Assembly: GCA_039804025.1 (NCBI GenBank)
Contig: JBDRZP010000005.1
Span: 28,273-92,272, forward strand
Reading direction: 5' to 3'
Source: a candidate division WOR-3 bacterium
GTDB taxonomy: Bacteria; Hydrothermota; Hydrothermia; Hydrothermales; JAJRUZ01
Length of the DNA: 64,000 nucleotides
The notes beneath the pieces are model-generated. The model worked only from the letters and a program-made list of their open reading frames with translations. It was not told the origin of the DNA and searched no databases. This document shows, one piece after another, positions 45,682 through 55,932 of this stretch (the first letter of the stretch is position 1; each line of letters opens with the position of its first letter). Made by a program: the position numbers and the translations under genes.

Positions 45682-46867
45682 TTCTTATAAAATCTTCAAA
45701 TTTACCTTTTTTCCTTATTAATTTAAATTTTCCATCAAAGAGATATTCAGGCGCTAAAAATCTTCCATTATAAGCCATTGCCATTGTCCTTGTATAGGCT
45801 CCACAGTTATGAATCAGAACTATATCACCTAACTTTAATTGAGGTAATTCATATTCTCCAAATTCATCTGTATTCTCACATAAAGGTCCTGCTACCCTTG
45901 ATTTTATTTTTCTGCCTTTAAAATTAAAAAGGGGTTCTATATGATGATAGGCATCATATAAAGCAGGTCTTATAAGTTCTGTCATTCCTGCATCAATTAT
46001 ATAAAGAGGAGTACCTTTTCTTTCTTTTATTGATATAACTCTTGAAAGAATAAAACCAGCATTAGCTACGATAAATCTTCCTGGTTCTAAAAATATTTTA
46101 ACATTATAATTTTTATTAAGATTTTTATAACACTCCACTATTGGATCAAAGTCAAGTTTTTTATCCTCAGGATGATAGGGAACACCAAAACCTCCTCCAA
46201 GATTTACATGGGTGATTTTGAATCCATTTTCTCTTAAATAAATCAAAGTTTCAATAACTTTTTTTGTTGCTTCAATAAAGGGCTCGGGATTTAAAATTTG
46301 TGAACCTATATGAGAATGGATGCCTATAAGGTGAGCGTACTTAAAATTCTTTATTATCTTAATATTATTCTTAATCTCATCAAAATGCATTCCAAATTTA
46401 CTTGAAGGGGAGCCTGTAGAAAGGTGTTCGTGAGTATCCGGAAATATACCTGGGTTTATTCTAACAAAAACTTTTATCTTTTTTCTTTCTTTTTTTGCAC
46501 ACTTTTCAAGTAATAAAGCCTGATCTATCGATTCAAAATTAAAATAAATTATTCCTCTTTTTATTGCAAATAAAACTTCCTCTTCTTTTCTTGCTATATT
46601 GTTATAAAGAATTTTATCTCCCGAAAATTCTGCTTTTAAGGAAATAAAAATTTCACCAGGAGAAACAACCTCTGCCCCTAACCCCATTTCCTTTATAATT
46701 TTTAAAATTGACAGAGATGTATTAGCCTTAACAGCAAAAAATATTTCAGCATTTGAAGAAGAAAATTTATTCTTTAAAAAGGAAATATTTTCTATTATTC
46801 CATCCTTTAAATATATATAGGATGGAGTAGGCAAAAGTTTGAGCTTTCTTTTAATTTGTTCTTCCAT
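45668..46867 (-). CDS. lysA: Diaminopimelate decarboxylase
   Basis: FAVKAN, VRINP, SKFG, HSHIGSQ, NLGGGFG, EPGRFIV, GPLCENTD, GAYT. Confidence 0.95.
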   Translation of the reverse strand: MEEQIKRKLKLLPTPSYIYLKDGIIENISFLKNKFSSSNAEIFFAVKANTSLSILKIIKEMGLGAEVVSPGEIFISLKAEFSGDKILYNNIARKEEEVLFAIKRGIIYFNFESIDQALLLEKCAKKERKKIKVFVRINPGIFPDTHEHLSTGSPSSKFGMHFDEIKNNIKIIKNFKYAHLIGIHSHIGSQILNPEPFIEATKKVIETLIYLRENGFKITHVNLGGGFGVPYHPEDKKLDFDPIVECYKNLNKNYNVKIFLEPGRFIVANAGFILSRVISIKERKGTPLYIIDAGMTELIRPALYDAYHHIEPLFNFKGRKIKSRVAGPLCENTDEFGEYELPQLKLGDIVLIHNCGAYTRTMAMAYNGRFLAPEYLFDGKFKLIRKKGKFEDFIRNEKY

Positions 46868-46886
46868 TTTTTGTTATCTTTAATTT

Positions 46887-47750
46887 TCATAAATTAGAAA
46901 TTCTAATTATAAGATTCATAAAATTTCTTTTCAATATTCTGTTTCCTAATTTTTTTAACCTTTCCATAGCAGGCTTAATAAATTTTTTAAACCATTTTTT
47001 ATTTTTTTTAATGGATAAAAAAGAATAGGCTGCAAGTGCTTGCATTAATCTTTGAGATGAGGTGAGTAAGTAATAATGATAAAATTCATCAAAGCTCATT
47101 TTTCTAAATCTATCTTTTATTCTATCGTAATAATAAAACAAAAGTTTTTCCTTAACAGTTTCATTAATTTCTACATAGGGATCTTCAAGAAGGGATGAAA
47201 GGTCATAGGTGAAAGGTCCTATATGAGCAGTTTGAAAATCAGTTATTCTTATTTTATTTTGTTTTAAAAAAATATTTGTTGATTGAAAATCCCTGTGCAT
47301 AAAAAGCTTCGGCATTTTATTACATTCTTTTGCAAGTTTATCAAAATCCTTATCCATTTCCTTTAATTCCTCTTCTTTGAATTTTAAAAAATTTATCAGG
47401 AATTCCCTTTTAAAATAATCTGTCTCCCATCTTAAAGATTCATAATCAAAAATTTTTTTTCTTTTTAAGGATAAATTTAAAAAACCTTCTTTTGCCTTAA
47501 ACTGAAGTTCTATTAAAAAATCAATTATTCTTTTATATAAATTGAAAGTTTCTTTTTTATAAATTTTAAAAATAGATTTTTCTCCAAGGTCTTCAATAAT
47601 AGCAATTTTATTTTCTAAATCATAAAAATAAATTTTTGGGGCTGAAAGCATTTTTTTATTTAAAAAATTTCCTATCTTTATATAATTTAAAAACTGAATT
47701 TCATCACTATCCTTTAAAATAACAGAATTTTTTAATTCTTTTATTCTCAA
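46887..47750 (-). CDS. amgK: MurNAc/GlcNAc anomeric kinase (AmgK-like phosphotransferase); true start probably upstream of 47750
   Basis: IEDLG, MHRDFQSTNI, DFQTAHIGP..YDLSSLLED, QRLMQALAAY; the frame stays open 17 codons upstream and includes LSGGSDRIF. Confidence 0.8.
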   Translation of the reverse strand: MRIKELKNSVILKDSDEIQFLNYIKIGNFLNKKMLSAPKIYFYDLENKIAIIEDLGEKSIFKIYKKETFNLYKRIIDFLIELQFKAKEGFLNLSLKRKKIFDYESLRWETDYFKREFLINFLKFKEEELKEMDKDFDKLAKECNKMPKLFMHRDFQSTNIFLKQNKIRITDFQTAHIGPFTYDLSSLLEDPYVEINETVKEKLLFYYYDRIKDRFRKMSFDEFYHYYLLTSSQRLMQALAAYSFLSIKKNKKWFKKFIKPAMERLKKLGNRILKRNFMNLIIRISNL

Positions 47751-47790
47751 AAAAATTCTGTCAGAACCACCGCTTAAAATCTTTATTTTT

Positions 47791-48465
47791 TTAATAATTC
47801 CTTAAATATAAATTAAAAAGAGTTTTAAAACTACCTATGTCAAAAATAAAACCTTCTTTCACTTTAAATCCCGCAAGTTCCTTATATTTTATCAATTTAA
47901 AAAAAACATCAAGTAAATCACTTTTACCTTCAGGTATAAATCTGAAAATTTCCTTTTTAAAAATTGAAATTCCCGCATAGGTCAAAAATTTATTTTTTCT
48001 TTTATGAATTTTAATATCTCTTACTAAATTTCCTTCTAAAATTACTTCGCTTTTTGTTTCCATAAAAGTAAGAAGTAAAGTCCCAATTTTAGAATTTTTA
48101 AAGTGGAAATCAACAAGTTCATTTAAATCAATATTATAATAAATATCACAGTTATGTAATATAAAATCACCTTCAATATATTTTTCAAAATTTTTTACTC
48201 CACCACCAGTTCCCATAAGTTCCTTTTCCTTAAAAATAAAAATTATATCTTTATATTCTGAATTTTTAATAATTTTTTCTATTTTATCTTTTTTATAATA
48301 AAGGTTAACATAAATTTTTTTTACACCTAAATTTTTCAGATTATCAAAAATATGAAAAATAATGGGTTTTCCTTTAATTTTTATAAGTGGTTTCGGAATA
48401 AAAAAACTCAAAGGTCTTAATCTTTTTGAATAACCTGCTGAAAGAACCACCCCTCTTTCAATCAT
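47791..48465 (-). CDS. murU: MurNAc-alpha-1-phosphate uridylyltransferase-like nucleotidyltransferase
   Basis: VLSAGYSKRLRPLS...PKPL, NLYY, GTGGG, NCDI, FDIGS; ATG 48465 overlaps the namZ stop; lies between namZ and amgK. Confidence 0.8.
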   Translation of the reverse strand: MIERGVVLSAGYSKRLRPLSFFIPKPLIKIKGKPIIFHIFDNLKNLGVKKIYVNLYYKKDKIEKIIKNSEYKDIIFIFKEKELMGTGGGVKNFEKYIEGDFILHNCDIYYNIDLNELVDFHFKNSKIGTLLLTFMETKSEVILEGNLVRDIKIHKRKNKFLTYAGISIFKKEIFRFIPEGKSDLLDVFFKLIKYKELAGFKVKEGFIFDIGSFKTLFNLYLRNY

Positions 48466-49591
48466 ATAGAAAGTATTTCCTCCTCTTTTCATCAAATTCC
48501 TTTAGATCTTTCTTCCATTTTTTTTCTATTTCTTCAATTTCTTCACCTTTTTGTAACATTTCCCTTACATAAGAATTCCCCACAAGAATATCAAAGGGTT
48601 TTTTTTCCTTTTCAAATTCATAAGGAGGGTTTTTAAACTCAAATTTTTCGGGGTAAAGTTCCATTATGCTTTTAATAATTAAAAGTCCCATTTTAAAAGG
48701 TTTTAGTTTTCTTTTATTTTCTATGTATATTTCACATCCACCACAAATCTTTTCTTTATATTTATTCCACATAGGTCTGAAATAAACTGGTTTAAATCTA
48801 ACACCATCTATTTTTTCTAACTTTTTAACCAATTTAAAAGGATCAATAAAATCTGCTCCAAAAATCTTAAAGGGTTTTGCAGTTCCTCTTCCCTCTGATA
48901 TATTCGTTCCTTCTAAAAGGCACATTCCAGGATATAAAAGAGAAGTTTCAAAATCTGTCATATTTGGTGACATTGTTATAAAGGGAAAAGAAATTTCATC
49001 AAAAAATAACTTTCTTTTCCATTTTTTTATTTTAAAAATTTCAATATCTTTATCCATTTTAAATTCACCTTTAATATAAAGAATAAGTTCTCCTATTGTT
49101 AAACCGAATCTAACAGGTATAGGGTAAAGTCCAACAAAAGATTTATAATTTTTTTCTATTAAAGGTCCCTCAATAGATATTCCATTTAAAGGATTAGGGT
49201 AATCAAAAATAATAATTTTTTTGTCAAATTTTTCAATTAGTTTCAACGCTGTCCATTTGTATGTATAATACCTTGAACCATTGTCAGGAATTGCTATAAT
49301 TAAAATTTCTATATCATCTAAATCCTTTTTATCTGGTTCAACCTTATCTCCGTAAAGACTTTTTACAGGTATATTCTTATAAGAATCACCATTAACTTTT
49401 TCCTCCATCTGAAAGGTTCCAAAAAATCCGTGTTCTGGTGAAAAGATAACTTTTATATTAAAGTTTTTCTCTAAGAGAAAATCTAAAAAATTTACCAAGT
49501 TTCTATTACAGAAGGAGTGATTGGTTAAAATTCCAATTTTTTTATTTTTTATTTTTTTATATTTTTCAGAAAATCCTTCAAAATCTAACAC
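48458..49591 (-). CDS. namZ: Exo-beta-N-acetylmuramidase NamZ (DUF1343)
   Basis: GILTNHS, FSPEHG, SLYG, SRYYTY, PNPL.G, SPNM, LYPGMCLLEGTNISEGRGT. Confidence 0.92.
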   Translation of the reverse strand: MLDFEGFSEKYKKIKNKKIGILTNHSFCNRNLVNFLDFLLEKNFNIKVIFSPEHGFFGTFQMEEKVNGDSYKNIPVKSLYGDKVEPDKKDLDDIEILIIAIPDNGSRYYTYKWTALKLIEKFDKKIIIFDYPNPLNGISIEGPLIEKNYKSFVGLYPIPVRFGLTIGELILYIKGEFKMDKDIEIFKIKKWKRKLFFDEISFPFITMSPNMTDFETSLLYPGMCLLEGTNISEGRGTAKPFKIFGADFIDPFKLVKKLEKIDGVRFKPVYFRPMWNKYKEKICGGCEIYIENKRKLKPFKMGLLIIKSIMELYPEKFEFKNPPYEFEKEKKPFDILVGNSYVREMLQKGEEIEEIEKKWKKDLKEFDEKRRKYFLYD

Positions 49592-49593
49592 AG

Positions 49594-50694
49594 TTAGAGA
49601 GGTATTATTAAAAAGAATATTATTGCAGGAATTAAAAATATAATGTTTGGTAACCAGGCTGAAAGAAAAGGTGATAAAATATATGCATACCCCATTGCCC
49701 TTGATATTTCAAGCATTCCCCAGTAAATAAAGGATAAAGTTGTGGCAAGAGTTAATACAAAAGCTTTGCCTTTCTGTCTTGTTCTCGCAGCAAGAGAAAT
49801 TGAGAGCAAAAGTGTTATAAAAATTGAAAAGGGGAAGGAAAAATGGACAAAGAATTCAACTTCTTCCTTTTTATAATCAAGCCCTGCATTTTTTAGAGTA
49901 TTCAATAATTTTTTTATTTCAAAAACATTCATCTCTTCAAGGGATTTTCTTAAAGATAACATTTGTAAGGGAGACACTTTCATTTCAGAAAAAAGTTTTT
50001 CCTTAAAGTTTTCAAAATTTAAAACTCTCTCACCGTCAGAACTATATTCATATAAAATTCCGTCATAGAGTTTCCAACCTTCATTTTTAAATTCTCCTCT
50101 TTTTGCATATATAAATCTTTTTGTTTTACTCTTTTCCATTTCAGTGATATAAATATCTTCACCTTCTTTTCTTCTTGAATCAATTATTCCAAAGTGAAAG
50201 AATCTATCTAAATTCGCCTTTTTTTCTATAAAATTAAAATCTGTTTCAAAAATTCTTTCCCAGGGAGCGGGTCTTTTCTCTATTTCCCTGTATTTTATAC
50301 TCATTGCCTTTCTCATAAAAATTGGTTCTATTGTTTCATTAATAATAAAGGAGATTAAGGAAAGAATAATTCCAAAAAATAAAAGTGGAAGAAAAAATTT
50401 TTTTAAATTTATTCCTCCTGTTTTTAATGCAATAAGTTCAAAATCCCTTGCCATTCTTCCAATAGTAAAAAAAGGTGCAAGAAGGGATGCAACAGGTAAA
50501 AGTAAAACTGTAAGGTAAGGTGTCTGAAAAAAATAATAAAGAAGAATTTTATAGGGTGAAAATCCTTTTAAAAACTTATCAATGTTTTCAAAAAAATCAA
50601 TAACAACATAAAGGATAATCAGTGAAAAGGTAAAAAGTATTATGAAAATTAAATTTTCAATTATCACAAATTTTACAATTTTTTTATTCATCAA
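49594..50694 (-). CDS. LPS export ABC transporter permease, LptF/LptG family
   Basis: Three N-terminal TMs, ELIALKTGG, periplasmic beta-rich region, C-terminal SPFLSAWLPNIIF. Confidence 0.9.
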   Translation of the reverse strand: MMNKKIVKFVIIENLIFIILFTFSLIILYVVIDFFENIDKFLKGFSPYKILLYYFFQTPYLTVLLLPVASLLAPFFTIGRMARDFELIALKTGGINLKKFFLPLLFFGIILSLISFIINETIEPIFMRKAMSIKYREIEKRPAPWERIFETDFNFIEKKANLDRFFHFGIIDSRRKEGEDIYITEMEKSKTKRFIYAKRGEFKNEGWKLYDGILYEYSSDGERVLNFENFKEKLFSEMKVSPLQMLSLRKSLEEMNVFEIKKLLNTLKNAGLDYKKEEVEFFVHFSFPFSIFITLLLSISLAARTRQKGKAFVLTLATTLSFIYWGMLEISRAMGYAYILSPFLSAWLPNIIFLIPAIIFFLIIPL

Positions 50695-52732
50695 AATATA
50701 ATTTTTTAAGTCCCTGAACTTTCCCTAAAACAAGAGTTATAACTCCTCTTCTAAAAAAATTAATTTTTGCCTTTCCATCACCTAAGTCAAGAATAATTCC
50801 TTCACCCCAGAAAGGATGATATACTCTATCTCCCCTTTTTAAAATTTTTTCCTCTCCCCTTATAAATTCTTCTTTTTTAACCCATTCTATACAATCCTCA
50901 GGAAGTTCATATAAAAACCTTGAAGGAAGTGTTTCTCTCATTCCTCTTCTCCATCTTTCCCTGGAATATAAAAGATAAACTTCTTTTTTTGCCCTCGTAA
51001 GTGCAACATAAAATAATCTCCTTTCTTCTTCTATTTCTCTGTCATTTTCAAGGGATAAAAAGTGAGGGAAAAGACCTTCTTCAAGACCTGTAATTATTAC
51101 AGTTTCAGCTTCAAGTCCCTTGGCATTATGAACTGTCATCAAAGTGAAGATATCTTTTTCTATATTTTCTTCATCAATTCTTAAAACAACATTTTGAAGA
51201 TAATTTGTTAAGGTTGGTTTTTCTTCTTTTAATACAAATTCTCTCATTGAGGCAAAAAGTTCCATTAAGTTTTCATATCTTGATTCAAAGTTTAAATTAT
51301 CCGTTGAAATTTTCTTTAAGTGTTTTATAAATTCAGTTTCTTCATAAATTTTTTCAGCAATTTCAAGACAGGTTAAATTCTCTAAATTAAATCTTATATA
51401 ATCAAAGAGTTCTGTAAGTTTTTTGATTTCTTTTTTTAAATTGGTTGATAGACTTTTTAAAAATTCTCCTTCTTTCATTGCATCAAGAATTGATATTTCC
51501 TTTTTTTCTGCAATTTCCTTTAATTTTTTCTGAGTTACTTCCCCTATTCCCCTTCTCGGGGACTCAATAAGTCTTTCAAAACTAACATAGTCGTATGGGT
51601 TTATTATAAATTTTAAGTATGAAATAAAATCCTTAATTTCCCTTCTTTCAAAGAATTTTAAAGCTCCAACAACCTGATAGGGAACTCCCTTTAAGTTAAA
51701 AATTTCTTCTAAAGGTCTTGATTGGGCATTTGTTCTGTAAAGTATAAGAACATCTGAAGGATTTTTATCTTTTATAATTTCATAAACTTTTTCAGCCTCT
51801 TCCCTTTCATCTTTTGCTTCAATAATTTTTATTTTTTCTCCCTCCTTTATATCAGTCCATAAATTTTTACCTATCCTTCCTATATTGTGACTTATGAGGT
51901 GATTTGCAGCTTTTAAGATAATTTCATGGGAACGGTAATTTCTTTCAAGACGGTATATTTTAATATCAGGGAAGTCCTTGATAATATCAAATACATTTTC
52001 AACCCTTGCACCTCTGAAAGCATAGATTGACTGATCTTCATCACCTACTACGAATAAATTTCTGTGTTTTTTTGATAAAATTTTTAATATCTTATATTGA
52101 ATGAAAGATGTGTCCTGATATTCATCTACAAGAATATGTAAAAACTTATCCTGATAATACTCCCTAACATTTTTATCCTTTTTAAAAAGTTCTATTAATA
52201 AAAGTAAAAGGTCATCAAAATCAAGGGCTTTATTTTTTCTTAATGATTCTATATATTTTTGAGCTATTTCTTTTTCATAGGTGTCAGGAATTTTAATTCC
52301 ATTTCTTATTTTTGAAATATTTTCAACCCACATAGAAAGGCTTTCACCTTCTCCTACTATATCCTTTAAGATTCTTTTACTATCCTCTCTGTCATAAACA
52401 GTGAAATTCTCAGGAATATCTATAATTTTTCCCCATTCCCTTAATATCCTGTATCCGAGAGAATGAAAAGTTCCCATCCATATTTTTTTTGCCTCATCCC
52501 TTATTAAATTTTTAATTCTTTCCTTCATTTCGTCAGCAGCCTTATTTGTAAAGGTTAAGGCGAGGATTCTATCAGGTGGAACATTATTAATAATTAAATA
52601 ACATATCCTGTAAGTTAAAACTCTTGTTTTTCCTGTGCCTGCACCGGAGAGTATAAGGGCAGGACCATTTTCATGGAAACAGGGTTTAATCTGCTCCTCA
52701 TTTAAAAATTTTTTAAAATCAATTATTTCCAT
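50684..52732 (-). CDS. pcrA: ATP-dependent DNA helicase PcrA/UvrD
   Basis: GAGTGKT, LTFTNKAADEM, GTFHS, VDEYQDT, VGDEDQSIYAFRGA, NYRS, TVHNAKGLE, EERRLFYVALTRAK. Confidence 0.95.
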   Translation of the reverse strand: MEIIDFKKFLNEEQIKPCFHENGPALILSGAGTGKTRVLTYRICYLIINNVPPDRILALTFTNKAADEMKERIKNLIRDEAKKIWMGTFHSLGYRILREWGKIIDIPENFTVYDREDSKRILKDIVGEGESLSMWVENISKIRNGIKIPDTYEKEIAQKYIESLRKNKALDFDDLLLLLIELFKKDKNVREYYQDKFLHILVDEYQDTSFIQYKILKILSKKHRNLFVVGDEDQSIYAFRGARVENVFDIIKDFPDIKIYRLERNYRSHEIILKAANHLISHNIGRIGKNLWTDIKEGEKIKIIEAKDEREEAEKVYEIIKDKNPSDVLILYRTNAQSRPLEEIFNLKGVPYQVVGALKFFERREIKDFISYLKFIINPYDYVSFERLIESPRRGIGEVTQKKLKEIAEKKEISILDAMKEGEFLKSLSTNLKKEIKKLTELFDYIRFNLENLTCLEIAEKIYEETEFIKHLKKISTDNLNFESRYENLMELFASMREFVLKEEKPTLTNYLQNVVLRIDEENIEKDIFTLMTVHNAKGLEAETVIITGLEEGLFPHFLSLENDREIEEERRLFYVALTRAKKEVYLLYSRERWRRGMRETLPSRFLYELPEDCIEWVKKEEFIRGEEKILKRGDRVYHPFWGEGIILDLGDGKAKINFFRRGVITLVLGKVQGLKKLYFDE

Positions 52733-53195
52733 ATTTTTTTATTATTTTTTCTATAATTTTACTTGTGCTTCTTCCCTTTAAAATCTTAACAAGATAAACC
52801 TCACCCTTATTTTTCAATACTATATCACTTCCAACTACTTCCTTTAATTTATAATCAGCACCTTTAACAAGAACATCTGGTTTTATTTCTCTTATTAATC
52901 TGTATGGAGTTTTTTCATCAAATAAAATCACATAATCTACATATTTAATTGAGTCAAGAATTTTTGCTCTATCCTTTTCTTTAATTATTGGTCTTTTATT
53001 CCCCTTAATTTTTTTAATTGATCTATCTGAATTTAAACCAACTATAAGTATATCACCTTTTTTCTTTGCTTTTTTTAAAATCTCTATATGTCCAGCATGT
53101 ATAATATCAAAGCATCCATTTGTAAAAACAATTTTTTTTCCTTCTTTTTTAAATTTTTTGAGGATTTTTTTGAGAGTTTTTAAATCAACTATCAT
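52719..53195 (-). CDS. rfaE2: D-glycero-beta-D-manno-heptose 1-phosphate adenylyltransferase (RfaE domain II)
   Basis: VFTNGCFDIIHAGH, VGLNSDRS, PDVLVKGADY, GRSTSKIIEKI. Confidence 0.92.
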   Translation of the reverse strand: MIVDLKTLKKILKKFKKEGKKIVFTNGCFDIIHAGHIEILKKAKKKGDILIVGLNSDRSIKKIKGNKRPIIKEKDRAKILDSIKYVDYVILFDEKTPYRLIREIKPDVLVKGADYKLKEVVGSDIVLKNKGEVYLVKILKGRSTSKIIEKIIKKYGNN

Positions 53196-54499
53196 ATAAA
53201 AAATTTAATGAAAACAAAACCAAAAAGGGAAATAACAGATAAAAAAAGTGTAAAAAATTCGTAAAATTTAGAATAAGTTTTTTCTCTTAGTTTTCCTGGC
53301 TCAAAAAAGAAGTAATTTAAAAATTTTATATAGTAACCAAAAGATAGTATTGTTAAGAGAATAAGAATTAAAACTTCTTTTTTATATCCTGCTTTGAAAA
53401 GTTCATATAAAAGATAAAATTTTGCAAAAAAACCCCCTGTGGGTGGAAAGGAGGAAAGAGATATGATGAATAAAAGGATTGAAATTGAAATTATTTTATC
53501 TGTGAAAAATAATCCTTTGAATTTTTCAAATTCTGTATCCTCTTTTCCTTTAAGAAAATATATTAGAGAAATGAAAATTCCGCCTTTCATTATAAAATAA
53601 ATTATAAGGTAGTAAAGTAAAACATTTTTAGAGGCTGGATCTGGAAGCAGTATGGAAAAAAGCAAAAAGGCAGAGTGAGAAATTGATGAATAGGCTAAAA
53701 CTCTTTTAATTCTATTTTCGTAAATACCAGCTAAATTAGAAAGAAGTATTGTTATAATAGCAAAAAGTGAAAGGGGGAAAGTTATTTCAGGAAGATAAAA
53801 TTTTATTTTGTAAAGGAAAATAAGAATACCTGCTTTTGGAGTTAATGAAATTAAAGTTAAATAAGGTATGCTTATTTTTTCAAAAATATCCGGCATAAAA
53901 AATTGAAAGGGAATAAATAGAATTTTAAAACCTAGAGAAAATATAAAAAGCTCTAGGGAAAGAAAATAAAGCTTGTCATTTCTTTCAAAGAAGGTAAAGG
54001 CTTTAAAGGAAAGAGTTTCAGTTCTCGAGTATAGTAATATCAGGGAAAAAAGTAAAAAAAGAGAAGATAAAGAACCAATAACAAAATATCTTATAAGGGG
54101 TGAAAAATCCTGATATTTTTTCGATTCAAGTCCGATTAGAATATAAAATACAAAGGACAAAAGTTCAAGGGAAATGAAGAAAATTATAAGGTTTTCAGTT
54201 TTTAAAATAAGATGAAGGGAAAGTAAATGGGCATAAATAAAGAAATTGGAAATAGAGAATTCTTCCTTATTTTGAGTTAAATAAAAAGGGTAAAGAATTA
54301 AAAAGGTTCCAATATCAAGGAGGTATAAAAAGCCTTCTGATTTCAAAATAAAGTTTGTTAATATAAGAGAAAGGTAAGAAAATACAAGAAATACTTGATA
54401 GCCCCTTTTATTAACAGAAATCATATAAAAAATATTGATGGTTAAAAATGTAGTTAAGAGTATTTCCTGCGAATAATTTAAAATTATTTCTTTTATCAT
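53192..54499 (-). CDS. nuoN: NADH-quinone oxidoreductase subunit N-like antiporter subunit
   Basis: FISLELLS, RYFVIGSLSS, GFKI..IPFQ.FMPD, KRVLAYSSISH, PPTGGFFAKF. Confidence 0.8.
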   Translation of the reverse strand: MIKEIILNYSQEILLTTFLTINIFYMISVNKRGYQVFLVFSYLSLILTNFILKSEGFLYLLDIGTFLILYPFYLTQNKEEFSISNFFIYAHLLSLHLILKTENLIIFFISLELLSFVFYILIGLESKKYQDFSPLIRYFVIGSLSSLFLLFSLILLYSRTETLSFKAFTFFERNDKLYFLSLELFIFSLGFKILFIPFQFFMPDIFEKISIPYLTLISLTPKAGILIFLYKIKFYLPEITFPLSLFAIITILLSNLAGIYENRIKRVLAYSSISHSAFLLFSILLPDPASKNVLLYYLIIYFIMKGGIFISLIYFLKGKEDTEFEKFKGLFFTDKIISISILLFIISLSSFPPTGGFFAKFYLLYELFKAGYKKEVLILILLTILSFGYYIKFLNYFFFEPGKLREKTYSKFYEFFTLFLSVISLFGFVFIKFFI

Positions 54500-55869
54500 T
54501 TGTAAAGTATATAGAGAAAAGGTGAAGGAATAATACCCAATAAAAATACAAAAATTGTTAAAAGTAAAAGTATTTTCCTTTCTTTTAAGTCAAGATCAGG
54601 AAGATGTTTTAATTCCTCTTTTTCTATTTCTCCCCATAAAGTTCTTTTTATTGCCTTTAAAGCATAAAGGGCAGAGAAAAATGGGGCAAAGGCAAGGATT
54701 ATTCCATAAGCTAAATTATTTTTAAAGGAAGAATAGATAAGGAGAAATTCTCCAACAAAGTTAGATGTTCCGGGTAATCCAATTGAGGAAAGGAAAAATA
54801 GAACAAAATAGAAGGAGAAAAGAGGAATAACTTTTGAAATTCCCCCAAAATCAGATAGTTTCCTTGTATGGGTTCTTTTATATAAAATTCCAACAAGAAT
54901 AAAAAGTGCTCCTGTTACTATTCCGTGATTAAACATCTGTAAAAAAGCTCCCTGAATCCCTGAGATATTTTGCATTGATAATCCTAAGATAACAAATCCC
55001 ATATGAGAGACACTTGAATAAGCCACGAGTCTCTTTAAATCCTCCTGGGAGAAACTCATTAAAGCTCCATAAAATATTGAAAAAATTGAAAGAAAAATAA
55101 TGATATTTTTAAAGTTTAAAAAGGCATGAGGAAAAAGTTGAATTAAAAATTTATAAAATCCCCATGTTCCCATTTTAAGTAGAACACCAGCTAATATAAC
55201 ACTTCCAGCAGTAGGTGCCTCAGTATGGGCATCCGGTAACCATGTATGAAAGGGGAAAAGCGGTACTTTAATTGAAAAACTTATTAAAAATAGTAAAAAA
55301 CCAATACTATTTTTAGAATCAAAAACTCTAAGTATAACTCCTATTATTCCTGTTAAAAGAAAGGCACCTGATAAAAGAGTGTAAAATACAAATTTTAGAT
55401 TTGCAATTTTTTTTCTTTCACTTCCCCATATACCAATTAAAAAGTAAAAGGGTATTATTGAAAATTCCCAGAAAATAAAAAAGGGGAGAAGGGAATCTGA
55501 GGAAAAAAGTAAGTTTAAAGATGTTTGGGTAAATAAAAGCCATACATTTAGTTCTTTTATTCTGAATAAAATATCTCCCTTAGAAAAATATATGGATAAA
55601 GTAAATAGAAAGTTATTTAAAAAAATTAAAAGTGAAGAAAAGGAATCTATTTTAAAAACAAAATCAAGAAATGAAATTTTAAATTCAATTAAATAAAATT
55701 CTTTTAAAGGGTTTTTGAAAAAATAAAATAAATAAAATCCAGAAAATAAAAGGGGTATAATTGAAAACAGAAGGGAAAGATTAAAAATTAAATCTCTTTT
55801 TTCCTCTTTTAGAAAAAAGATAATTATTGCACCCAAAACTGGGATTGAATATATTATGATTTCTTTCAT
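54496..55869 (-). CDS. nuoM: NADH-quinone oxidoreductase subunit M-like antiporter subunit
   Basis: FFIFWE, KVPLFPFHTWLPDAHTEAPTAGSVILAGVLLKMG, LKRLVAYSSVSHMG, GLPGTSNFVGEF. Confidence 0.92.
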   Translation of the reverse strand: MKEIIIYSIPVLGAIIIFFLKEEKRDLIFNLSLLFSIIPLLFSGFYLFYFFKNPLKEFYLIEFKISFLDFVFKIDSFSSLLIFLNNFLFTLSIYFSKGDILFRIKELNVWLLFTQTSLNLLFSSDSLLPFFIFWEFSIIPFYFLIGIWGSERKKIANLKFVFYTLLSGAFLLTGIIGVILRVFDSKNSIGFLLFLISFSIKVPLFPFHTWLPDAHTEAPTAGSVILAGVLLKMGTWGFYKFLIQLFPHAFLNFKNIIIFLSIFSIFYGALMSFSQEDLKRLVAYSSVSHMGFVILGLSMQNISGIQGAFLQMFNHGIVTGALFILVGILYKRTHTRKLSDFGGISKVIPLFSFYFVLFFLSSIGLPGTSNFVGEFLLIYSSFKNNLAYGIILAFAPFFSALYALKAIKRTLWGEIEKEELKHLPDLDLKERKILLLLTIFVFLLGIIPSPFLYILYK

Positions 55870-55932
55870 TTTTATTGATTTTAAGAAAGTTCAAATGGGA
55901 TTTTCATTTATTTATTGCTTTATAATAGAGTT

